A stretch of 64,000 bases of DNA, taken from the NCBI GenBank assembly GCA_965235115.1, contig OZ249441.1:31372001-31436000 (forward strand). The letters are read 5' to 3'. Shown here piece after piece: positions 39,519 through 51,135 of this stretch (position 1 is the first letter of the stretch; every line of letters starts with the position of its first letter). Source of the stretch: Laetmonice hystrix (taxonomy: Eukaryota). The notes beneath the pieces are model-generated. The model was not told where the DNA came from. It did no database searches and saw only the letters and a program-made list of their open reading frames with translations. The position numbers were made by a program, and so were the translations under genes.

Positions 39519-42184
39519 CTGTAAGAAAGACATCAGACACTGCTCCAACACTTTTTCCTTCGGTTCAAACTTTAGACAGGGTTAATCGACATCATCACAG
39601 AAACGAACATGATACGGCCCTTTTAATAATGAGCACAAGTATTGTTATGATTGCCATGGCAACATCTGGACAGTCCGGCAACTCTGTGAGGTCTTCGCTC
39701 CGATAAATGTAGCCAAGTAACACTATACTTCCGAAATTAACACTATACCGAGACCAATGGTCTGAATCCAATTGGTACACACTTGTGATACATCTCTGAC
39801 CACCTGATTGATTTGTACCTGCTAAAGCGCTCAACAAACCGGTAAAATGAAGAGATTACGAGACGACATGAAATACTAAACTATTATTAATTATTTAAGC
39901 AACCTCCATGAGCTTTAATAGATAAAAACATGTAGGATTGTAGGTCAGTGCAGGCAGTTAGCGGATACAGGAAGTCAAACTAGCTGCCATTAGCGCAGCT
40001 GAAATGGAGTTTAGGGGGTGGGTAATGAGCGGCACGGCTATCGTCTATTATGTCCTCCTCCTTGGTGAGTTCCTGGAGGAAATGAAGGACCAATCAGTGC
40101 TCCCGCTGAGTCCGTCAAGGTTTCCAACGTGAGACGAGAATGGTTGGTAACAGGCAAAGGATGACAGGGTGGGCTCCCTAACGATGGCACACGCACAGGT
40201 AGGTCTCAATAAGTGGACCCTTTTCAACAAACCCGGCATCGGGCTAGGTAAGCCTGCCTCCTTCGTCTTATACTCATTTACCGGCATATGGGCAGACTCT
40301 CCCCATACCAGAGGGCCGCATTTTTTTAAATCACAAAACCAGGACCATCTCGAAGTGTGTGTCCGCCAAACGTACTTCCCCTGTGTGAGTGTTAAGAGTT
40401 CCAGTTAAAGTTGACAGTGATAGAACCAGACAGGAAGTCCATTGAAATTTCTTCTGTCTGTGGGAATTGTGTGTCCTACTACAATTCTCTAACGTTTGAC
40501 GTTTGTGAATATGTATGAGATAAACTGCTGTACAGGTATACGTAGATCAGAATTCACATTTATTGAAAAGAGTTTGAGTAAATAACCCTTGCTGAAACAG
40601 GAAGTCTAGTACTGGAAAGATGCGAAAGAACAGCTAAGCTTTCATCCGATGAAGTGAACATGTGTGTGATATTTACAGCTGGATAGCACATTTTCTGACA
40701 AAGCTTCCTGGGACCATTGCTATAATGTTATGACATAAACTCCATTTTTCCCCTATGTCTTCATTTCGAACGCTAATGTAACATACAGAATAATCAGAGA
40801 CGCCACTTAACAAACACCAAACGATTCCCTAAAAAAATAGATCTTTCGTTTCTGCTTTATGAAGCGCCACACAGTGATGAGTGCTTAAAACATTATTATG
40901 TGTTCTCATTTATGAATCTTTGCGAAACCAACTTATTCCAATTTCAAAGAGGTTGACGATCTTGGAAGCCAGGTATGAAAGATAATAAGACACTGATTGT
41001 AGGCCTCGCTTGTGGGGGAACGAAATAGTAACGCTACACTTCCATCCCTGTTTGTTATATGGAATCACGTCGAAGTGGACCAAAACATTGCGTATGGTTT
41101 TCCGATGGTTCCTGAGACCAACCCTCCCTGAGGGACCTACTTGGCTCTAGACCTTGGTCGATGGAGGCAGCTCCCCACAGCACAGCTATACCGCACCACT
41201 CCATGCTCTCACAGAAAGGAAAGGTCACGCTGCAGAACCAGAGGTAAGTGTTTTTACGTACTCTTCAGTCATTAACTGCTCCAAGGCATCAGTCAGACCC
41301 GCTGTGTCAATAGAGGTACGATTTTATAATGTCACGAAGGCAACTATGGATTTATTTAAGAGTTTTGTCTTTATGGGGCTAAATGGGGCAAATGTGACGT
41401 CCTGGGGGATGGATGAAAGACCGTTAACATGTACACCGGACCGTTCCGCCAAGTAAATTACTATATTGAATCTGTCCTCAATCCATACAGAGTTGCTTTG
41501 TGCAGTAATTTCATACCCTTTATGGAGTGCTTTTAAGCTTGCACATAATATCAATTTGCCATGTTATCTTTCCAAATGAGCACTTTGTCTGTATGGGAAT
41601 TGCCCATGGTATAAGATTCATTTATCACGGCTTTCAGGACGGGAATCTATAGCCGCTAGTTTCACAACAAGTAGAGTGAGATTAATGAGACTTGAAAAGA
41701 TGTCATTTGCGTAAAATTAACCTGTCCTGGCATCACAACCTGCCGTTCTCCATGCAGCCAGTCATCTTCAACTACTTATCTAACATTAAAATGTGTGAGG
41801 ATGCCTGCAGAGGGGAAACTATAATATTCTCAGACCACAAACAAAGCAGCAAGCCCATGATATACCTGCGCCGTACGCCTGTCGGCCTAGAAGTATCCCT
41901 TGGAGAAGCAGTCATAGAGAAACAACTACCGTATTGTAATTTAGTTATATTACCCCAAAATAGACTGCCCTCTCTCTGAGGAGATTTGCGGCTGACACGA
42001 CAGAGTCCCTCCTGACTGGCCCATCCCGCGCAGGGTCACGCAAACAGGAGCTCGCTAGCACCTTGGATGACATGGAAGCATATGTCATCTTCTTCGTGTG
42101 AAACTACCAGGAAAGCCAATATTCTATCCTTGCAACGGTACAGATTCCATCCCCAGCAACACGACAGAGAACAGAACACCTAGC

Positions 42185-42310
42185 CTATCGCGTAAAGTGG
42201 TCTGAAGCTCGGTCCGTATGGTTTGGGAAGACCAGAATGCTCTCAGCCTATCCCGTAAAGTGGTCTGAAGCTCGGTCCGTATGGTTTAGGAAGACCAGAA
42301 TGCTCTCAGA
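42185..42310. repeat. Tandem duplication, about 63 bp x2
   Basis: CCTATC(G/C)CGTAAAGTGGTCTGAAGCTCGG...GAATGCTCTCAG occurs twice. Confidence 0.9.
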
Positions 42311-44639
42311 ACATTGTATCGGTTGCTGTAGGTGTGCGTGCAGCAGGTTAGAATTTTGTCTTACATTATCATCCGTATGCAATCAGACACAGGCCCCGAC
42401 GTTGTCGAGTAGATATTATATTCAACATAATACAATTCTCGCTGGTAATGGGTGGGAAGAACCAATCGAGTGGTGCTCAAATAGGAACTCAGTGTTTCCA
42501 AATTTATTGACACAATAAACTTTGGGAGAGCGCCATAACATGTCTTCCACTGGCGGGCGTTGTACTTGGGCGGAATTGAATATGGGCATGTTAAGATTTG
42601 TGAGTATCACGGACACCATCACATTGCCATGGTCCGCCTGCATCACGTTATGTGGACAGAAATATAGTCCGAGTTTACACAGGTCAATATAACGATGGCA
42701 GAAAGCCTAGACCTCCGCCCCCACCAAACCCTACTCGGGAATTCCATGCATGTTGACTGGTCAATCTCCAGTGTAGACTCATGGAGTTAATGCTGTCATA
42801 TTTTGATAGATGACTTTCATCCGAATGTTGCAACATTCGTTCGGTAAGACGTGCCGCGCGGTACATGCGATGCATACCGTGCATACGGCTGACGCGCACT
42901 CATTACTTCTGGAACTGCTCCCCAGGTGGCACCTCATCAATCTCCATGGATTGCCAATGTGCCCTGACAGACGTCTTTAAGTGAGAATCCTATAATGGAT
43001 AACTGACAAAAACGGCTGCCATGACCATCTATATACTGTAAGCCATCTGTCCCATTTTACTACACCCACTTCTACCTTCTTGATATCGGGCCTTTCTATC
43101 ATAGCTCAGTTCAGTCAGCTATTGTATTTTGGTTGCTAATTTAGCCATTTTCACGTCCTTCCTTGACCTTTTGGCTATTTAAAATATAGGCCTACACATG
43201 TTTTCTGGATGAGATCAGGAAAAATGGAAACGATTTCTTCATTCTAGCACCAGACACCTTCTTATCAACATTTTTCATATAGGACCCCATCTATTATTCA
43301 AGAGTCATTCAACCCATGGACTTGAATCCCTTTCTATTACAGATTAGAGTAATCCTTTTCTACTGAATCCGTGAAATAAGTTTATACCATTCGGTTGATA
43401 TAGCTCTATAACCAATTACCTTAAAACCAACTCTTATTCCATTGACATAGATTGATTTAATGTCACATTTCATCACTGACAGGATTGTCCTAAGTAGCTC
43501 TGATACTACAGTAAGATGTGTATACTAAACTGATTATTGTTGCCTCTCTAACGGGGAAGCAGATTTAAATGACACGCCTTCTTAAACTGAATATAAATAA
43601 GGTAATTAATCACAGCAATCTGTCACTGAGTGCACATATCTGATCGGAGTTGCTCATATTTTTTGGGTAGTCCAGGTTTGCAATCAATCTGATAACGTGC
43701 CTCCAAGCCAGATAGATAGGTCTGCCAAAACATGATGTCAACATCGTCTGCATGGACAAGATTCAGCAAGGCTTTCCCTCTGTTCGTCCCAGCATCCTAT
43801 TCACTTCAACTTCATCGTCATTGTCCTTAAATAACATGCCCAAATGTAAGCTTTTTATTTTTTCACAATCCCAGAAAATCCCACTATCTTGCTGCTTTAC
43901 GACAGGATTTGGTCATAGTCAAAGTTAGATGTGGCCATCCTTCTCTGCTACGCGGGACAAAGTCAGCGTATTTTATGAAAAGGCAGATGCTGTGACAAAG
44001 TGAATGAGCTCAAAATGCCAAAAACAGGGCAGTGTCCAATTGCTTATGCTGAAGTGTGTTTGCGTATTCCAGGTAGCATACTCATCGTACCATATAAAAA
44101 CAGCATAAGGCAGCAGTGTTGTTAACCTACTTGGTATTCTAATTTTTATTATAAAAGCTAAAAAAACCGAAATATTTAACCCGGTGCTTTATGGCTTAGT
44201 AGGCCTATATGTAATGCGACATGAGGCACTTTCATAATTTATATTTCAGATTTACTTACAGAAACACTCATGGGTTAAAAGCTCAGCTGATTTTATGCAA
44301 TGCTATTTTCCTTCTTGGTTAGCAGTTAAATTTCTGCTGTGTCGTCAGTTTAATGATAGATCACATCTACTATAACAAATGACTAAAAATGAATCCACGC
44401 GGCGTCCTATTGATGGTACACAATGTCGCACACGTGGCAGATCGTCACTCAATCACTCCATTTTTCTTCTGACGACCGCTTCCCATCCAGCCATGTGGTT
44501 AACCTACAGTACAAGCCCCGACAACCTCACCGAGTCCCCGTTAGAAAATATGCACATTGGAGGCTGCCTCGGCCCCGGCGTGCACTCATTATCTGCATCC
44601 ATTAGTGATATGGCGGTAACTCGGTCTTGGGCCGCTCCA

Positions 44640-45335
44640 TGAGCCTTGACAACGCTGTGGTCAGAACCACGGCGCACTGACAGCGCTGTGGTCAGAAACA
44701 CGGCGCACTAACAGCGCTGTGGTCAGAAACACGGCGCACTGACACAGGTCAGAACCAGGCCCGCCGGTTCTTCCCCCATGATAACTTTCCACGAAATGTT
44801 TGGGCAGGGATTAGGGTTAAGGTCAGGGATAGGGATAGGATGGGGATATGTTTTTGGGAGGTGTAGGGACTGGGGTTAGGTGTTAGGGAGAATGTCAGGG
44901 CCATGGATCTTTACTTTCCACAAAATTTCTTGGGGTTTATGTTATCATGGGCGATATACCGGCCTGCCACGGAGCCGTGACAGTGCTGTGGTCAGAACCA
45001 CGGCGCCGTGACAGTGCTGTGGTCAGAACCAGGCCTACCGCGGTGCCGTGATAGTGCTGTGGTCAGAACCAGACCGAGTATCACGGAGCCGTGACAGTGC
45101 TGTGGTCACAACCACACCTACCGCGGAGCCGTGACAGTGCTGTGGTCAGAACCAGACCGAGTACCACGGAGCCGTGATAGTGCTGTGGTCAGAACCAGAC
45201 CGAGTACCACGGAGCCGTGACAGTGCTGTGGTCAGAACCACACCTACCGCGGAGCCGTGACAGTGCTGTGGTCAGAACCAGACCGAGTACCACGGAGCCG
45301 TGATAGTGCTGTGGTCAGAACCAGACCGAGTACCA
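44640..45335. repeat. Minisatellite with a core of about 30 bp and alternating linkers, interrupted by a transposon
   Basis: The core GGAGCCGTGA(C/T)AGTGCTGTGGTCAGAACCA occurs about 13 times. Units are about 30 bp left of the insertion and mostly 41-43 bp right of it. Confidence 0.92.
44758..44964 (+). mobile_element. TTAGGG-rich non-autonomous DNA element, copy 2, inserted in the minisatellite
   Basis: Homologous to 36263-36444 in the opposite orientation and bounded by GGCC. Confidence 0.8.
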
Positions 45336-45377
45336 GGCCATCAGTGAGAATATTTCTCCAAACCATCGACAATGAAC

Positions 45378-45546
45378 GCTCACGTGTGATATTACCTGTC
45401 GCGTCCTGCATCAAGCCCCGACATGATGTTGACACCCATGGTGTATCAAACAATGTCGGCGTGAGTCACGTGTGATATTACCTGTCGACTCCTGCATCAA
45501 GCCCCGACATGATGTTGATACCCATGGTGTATCAAACAATGTCGGC
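45378..45546. repeat. Tandem duplication, about 88 bp x2
   Basis: TCACGTGTGATATTACCTGTCG...CAAACAATGTCGGC occurs twice. Confidence 0.9.
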
Positions 45547-45639
45547 CATCCCTAGATCGACCAACGCTCTGCTAACACTGACCGAAATACATCTATAATG
45601 AATGCGGCAATAATCAGCTACCCTTACGTATACTTGGAC

Positions 45640-46300
45640 ATACCTCCATCAGTAGGCTAGAATAGGGTAGAATTCAATATCTGGAATCAGACACTGACGT
45701 TCCTGACCGCCAAATTCTGCTTTGAGATCGATACGGTAAAGGTCTTTAGGTATAATAATATTTTAAATCAAATACAAAACCCTACAATGATATCTGTTAA
45801 TGGTTGACCTATCATTGCAGGAACTGTGTTTCTGGATTGAGTTGTTTTCCTGTAATCGAATACCTCTTTCTCGTTTGAACATCAATGTGAACGAACTGCC
45901 GACATCTCTTTCAGAAAAAATGGCGAACCTAAAATTCTCTCTGAAGCTAATACGGGGTATTCTTTTTTTTAAATAGGATTGAAAACATTAGTGATTTTTG
46001 CGCTGGCTCTCAGTTAATCCTTCACAAGGATGAAAATATAAAACAACCTAAATACTCCAGCTTGTAGCTAATCAGCTACCCGAGTAAATTCGTGAACCGC
46101 GTCTTCGGAATAAATCAGTGCCTACAAGAGCGAGCCGCTGACTGAGCCATGGAAATATAAAGCACTCGGCAATAGTTCGTCACCTCCAGGGATAACAAGA
46201 TACAGCCTCCCAATGCTAACACAAAGTCTCTATGCTAGCCCAGAGAACAGGCGCAAACAGGAACCAATCTAGGATAGCTCAGAATCCAATGCTGTGAACC
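45640..46300 (+). mobile_element. Decayed LINE endonuclease region
   Basis: VPDRQILL*DRYGKG resembles IPGY.L.RLDR.GKGGG, followed by IIAGTV. Many stops. Confidence 0.3.
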
Positions 46301-47097
46301 ACTTGCGTCCCTTTTGGAGTTGAACCACTCTTCCTATCAGTCAGCTCGACGAGCTGTGACGCTAGGACACAATATCCATCCTCTCAGACAACAATCGTTT
46401 TACACTGGTGATCAATAGTTAGTCAGTCTCAATATGATCGCCTCCCACCGACGCCTTCCTGGCTGAAGGAAGCAGACCGTCCTACTGTGAGCAATTTTCA
46501 CTCCTTTTCTTTCCTGGTAACTATCGGTCATATAGGTCACCTCGTCCCTAAGGGCCAACGACATGTACACGCTTTCTACAAGTCACGAACAATCAAGTCT
46601 GTACGATGAATATCAACCCGAAACATTCAGTTTCACAATGTCTGTCTTATTTTTTCGGCAACTTTTCAGAAGCTTAGTGGACATGTTCCCGGAATGAAAC
46701 GTGATTGAATATGGCCTCGGGACAAGAAGTCCTGATTAACAATTTCCTAACTGATTTAAATTTGTGCATCAGATTTTAAATTCTGCGATCCCCCAATCCT
46801 GTCATTTACAGGAATAAAAAATACATTATGGATGGCCCAGCTTAAAAGTTATGGTTCAATTGTTAGTCAATATTCTAAATTAATACAAGTAAAGCCTACC
46901 CAAAATGTGTTCATCTATGGCCCTTGTATCCTGTATGACAAAACCCGGTAATCATACTTTTAAAATACAAAATATCTTTGACAAAAAAGCCAAACGCGTT
47001 AATGAATTGGACAAAATTATGTACCATGCTCGCAACACCCGCTTGTCTATTGTCTGAGGACATGTGTGAGCTGTCAGAGTGCTTGTGGGTCCGGTAA

Positions 47098-47291
47098 GGG
47101 GCGGGGTGGGGCGGAGGGGCGGGCCTAGACGGTGGGACTGGGCGGTCTAGATCTTGGCTGACCATGTGAAGGTAATTGCACGTAAGTGGTAGATAGTACC
47201 TGGCCAGGGCCTGTGACTGACTAATGGCCGACCGAGCACCTCAAAGTCTCCCCCAGCCTATAAAGCAGTCAAATACAGCGTCTGCTCAGTT
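47098..47291 (+). promoter_or_regulatory. Putative Pol II core promoter (three GC boxes, TATA, Inr), antisense to the CUB gene
   Basis: GGGGCGG occurs three times in 47098-47123. TATAAA at 47259-47264. TCAGTT initiator at 47286-47291, with A+1 at 47288 placing the TATA at -29. Confidence 0.5.
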
Positions 47292-47534
47292 ATTCTCTTT
47301 GATTTACTTTAGTCTTCTATGTATTGCATGTGTGCCACGAGGATAAAAACGCTCCTTGTTTGAAACAGGTTAAACCATGTTTTATTAACATTCAGCGTTC
47401 CTCCACTCGCACGTTATTATAACGCTATCAGCCTAGCTCGGCGAACGAGTTAATCTTTGTGTAATAAATAAAACAAAAACACTGTACTGTAGACACACTC
47501 GTGAAAACCGGTGGGACAACAGAGCGAGAGTACA

Positions 47535-48066
47535 GCGAGAGTATACTCGGTATTCCAACCGGTGATAACGAAAGCAGAATATGAGCAAGCAGTACCATTC
47601 AACCACTGTAAATACACATTCACAATGTATAATACTAGAGTACAGCTCGAGTACTCGGTATTCCAACCGGTGTTACCGAGAGCAGAATATGAGCGAGCAG
47701 TACCATTCAACCACTGTAAATACACATTCACAATGTATAATACTAGAGTACAGCTCGAGTACTCGATATTCCAACCGGTGATAACGAGAGCAGAATATGA
47801 GCGAGCAGTACCATTCAACCACTGTAAATACACATTCACAATGTATAATACTAGAGTACAGCTCGAGTACTCGATATTCCAACCGGTGATAACGAGAGCT
47901 GAATATGAGCGAGCAGTACCATTCAACCAATGTAAATACATATTCACAATGTATATACTAGAGTACAGCTCGAGTACTCGGTATTCCAACCGGTGTTAAC
48001 GAGAGCAGAATATGAGCGAGCAGTACCATTCAACCACTGTAAATACACATTCACAATGTACAATAC
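47535..48066. repeat. 108-bp tandem repeat, about 5 copies
   Basis: TATTCCAACC recurs at 47551, 47659, 47767, 47875 and 47982 (periods 108, 108, 108, 107). Confidence 0.97.
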
Positions 48067-48149
48067 TTCTGATCCTTTAAGACCTGGTCGTGTTTATAAA
48101 GGCAGGCTTCCCTTGCCATTCTCTTCTCCACTGAAATATTTACGAGTGT

Positions 48150-48650
48150 TTTTATTGATGCGGCCGTTAGCGACAATTCTGGAAGCAACGTGCATGCAGA
48201 CAAATGACACGTTATTTCCACCTATGGACCTACGTTGGGAGATCTCCCATCGCCACTCTCCAGTCATTAGGCTGTTGCATGTTTACTGTTATGCTGGGGT
48301 TCACATTTCTAATTGAACAGATTTTGTTCATTTAGTGCGTAGACTAAAATCAAACAGGTCCGAACTTCTGAAAGTAAGTTAAACAGTTTGGCTCTCACGC
48401 ATGGACTCATTGATGACATACCCGTAACAACACATAATGTCCAGGGAATTAAGATTTATGATATAGAAAATAATTTATTCGTCCCTCCCACTCCATGTTA
48501 CTCGCTGTACATGCTGACAAACCACGGGATCTAACGACTGCTGATCGTCACTGTTAATAAAGTCGGCTTGCTACACGTCTAGTAGTGACACCTTGTGGAT
48601 TGTTGTCGAAAGCTCCAGCACTTTTCGTCACTCTCAAAGTAGGATTTTTA
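48150..48650 (-). mobile_element. Decayed CR1-type RT fragment
   Basis: KSAGAFDNNP resembles SKAFD.VP and VICLHA resembles the lead-in to LFADD, in the expected order. Many stops. Confidence 0.3.
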
Positions 48651-49686
48651 ATAAATGAGCAACAACTCGGTTAGATAAATACAAGTTTTACATTTGTACC
48701 CTCACTCATACGGCTCCAATTAATGACCTCCTCCAACAATAGCCACAACTAGAGTGGTAGAGCAAGTGCTTGCCTATTATGTTAAAATATTGTTTCCTCT
48801 TTTGGATCTATTCTTTCTACCTGGCCCCAGAAGTGTAGGTGTTTTAGGTTGTAGATGGTCTCGGCTGTTTGACAGCTACTGGTTAGCTCGATGGTTTACT
48901 TGTTGACACCACACCACGGTTCCGATGAGAACTTGACCACTGTGACCGTGTAGGTGCGAGACAGGTCACAGATAACAACAGATGGCGTGACACACAGCCT
49001 ACCTCCAGGATTCTCTGATAGCCGGGCCGTTCATCTGTCCGGGTAGTTACAAGCCCTCTGGCCCGCTGATTAAAGACTGTCTCTTTGGATGTTACCTTTT
49101 TCCCGGGCACAACACGTGTGTCAATGCGACATCAGCACACAATGCCGTCATCAACATCCATCAGTTAACGAGCTTCAATCGGCTGCCGCTCGCCCACACA
49201 AACCTGCTGCATCCAGCTCAAGCCAGTCAACAGCTACACTAACAGGTCCCGCTCCAAATTAAAGGGACATGTTACGACAAATATTGCAACGTACCAATTG
49301 GCGATTTTTCCTACCTCAACCATAAAGGGACTCATATTTTTATTTTTATTCTAATGTGAAACCATGACACCATTGCCGTTGCTGTAGAAAATGTTCATAC
49401 GCAGTGAATACATGGTAATCAGCATTAGTTTATGGATGAGAAATCCATCTTCGCGCCCCTTTACACTATCGGGTATTGATAAACGTCACCAAGTTTTTAC
49501 ACCGGATCTCTTTAAACCATATTTGTTTGGGGCAAACAAATTATTTTCTCCTACATCGCTGTCCTGTCCAGCAGAGATCCAGTTTTACATGCAGTACTAC
49601 GACCCAGTCCATGATAGTCGAATAGCAGTGTGGAAAGTGAACCCCGGTTCAGCGTATAAAACTCTCGAATATGTAAGGGATATAAT

Positions 49687-50310
49687 GGGGTCATTGCACA
49701 AGATTGGCGACGGCTGTCGCCGTGTGGCGACGGCTGTCGCCGTGTGGCGACGGCTGTCGCCATACGGCGACAGCCGTCGCCGGGTGGACGGCGATGGCGA
49801 CAGCCGTCGCCGGGTGGACGGCGATAGCGACAGCCGTCGCCGTATGGCGACAGCCGTCGCCACACGGCGACAGCCGTCGCCGTGTGGCGACAGCCGTCGC
49901 CGTGTGGCGACAGCCGTCGCCGTATGGGGACACCCGCCCGTACGGTAGGGTTCCGTACTTTGACGGTCCGTTTCGTCCCTGCCCTGGACCGAGGCGGTCC
50001 CATTGTGGGTCCATAAGGTATATCTCCGTCCCTTCTTTCTTTGTAGGGTCCGTTTCGGTCCATACCTGGTCCCCTAGGGTCCGTTTTAGTAGGGTTGTGT
50101 ACTTTGACGGTCCGTTTCGGTCCCTGCCCTGGACCGAAGCGGTCCCATTGTGCGTCCATTGTGGGTCGCCATCTCTACTTGTGCAATGCAAGCCGTCGCC
50201 ATCTCTAGTTGTGCAATGCAAGCTATCGCGGCCCATCTCGCCGTTCCGCGACCGTCGCGGAACGGCGATTTTGGCCGCGACAGCCGTCGCCAATCTTGTG
50301 CAATAGGCCC
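49687..50310. mobile_element. MITE with 34-bp TIRs, AT TSD and internal palindromic 20-bp repeats (ISL2EU/Harbinger-like)
   Basis: AT|GGGGTCATTGCACAAGATTGGCGACGGCTGTCGC ... GCGACAGCCGTCGCCAATCTTGTGCAATAGGCCC|AT, with about 10 GGCGAC-NNNN-GTCGCC units. Confidence 0.9.
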
Positions 50311-50692
50311 ATTAATACAATGAATATATTATCAAAGCGATGCAATAAGGTTCATGCAACAATATTGTGTAAAATAGGTTTGGCAATGCAAAACACATCT
50401 TCGGGTAGGAAAAGCATGGTGATTCCAAATTTGCAATTGGGGGGCGGGGTGAAGGAAGGTTTCTCCACTGAAAGTTGAGGGCTCATAAAAGTTTTCTTTG
50501 AGTCTATTGACAACATAATTGATCTTAAGGTTTGAAAAATGACGGCAACTGCTCTCTACTAATGACTAGTGATCATTTAAAAATTTGATCATTTTGGAAG
50601 GTTGCATGTTTGGTCATTAAAAGGTGAGTTAATCGAATAAATCATCCGGCGTCAATTAGTGATAGCCGCAACAGGCTGAGAAAATGGGCACA

Positions 50693-51135
50693 GGAGGACA
50701 CCCCCAGGACATACCCACACAAAACACCTTTGCCCTCTCAGTACACACCCACACAAAACACCTTTGCCCTCTCAGGACACACCCACACAAAACACCTTTC
50801 CCCTCTCAGGACACATCCACACAAAACACCTTTCCCCTCCCAGGACACACCCACACAAAACACCTTTGCCCTCTCAGGACAAACCCCCACAAAACACCTT
50901 TCCCTCTCAGGACACACCCACACAAAACACCTTTGCCCTCTCAGGACACACCCACACAAAACACCTTTCCCCTCTCGTCCTACCCACACAAAACACCTTT
51001 CCCCCTCAGGACACACCCACACAAAAGACCTTTCCCCCTCAGGACACACCCACACAAAATACCTTTCTCCCTCAGGACACACCCACACAAAACACCTTTC
51101 CCCCCTCAGGACACACCAACACAAAAACCACACAC
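50693..51135. repeat. 34-bp minisatellite, about 13 copies
   Basis: Unit CAGGACACACCCACACAAAACACCTTT(G/C)CCCTCT. Confidence 0.96.

Noticed and set aside
41140-41250. Plus-strand exon ending CAGAG|gtaagt
   Set aside because: Weak acceptor, unrecognisable peptide and no partner exons.
44640-45335. CRISPR-like array (constant core of about 30 bp with variable linkers)
   Set aside because: The linkers are short and themselves repeated, there are no cas genes, and the context is eukaryotic. It is a minisatellite.
47000-47395. Solo LTR around the promoter-like sequence
   Set aside because: No TG...CA pair with a matching 4-6 bp TSD and no clear AATAAA.
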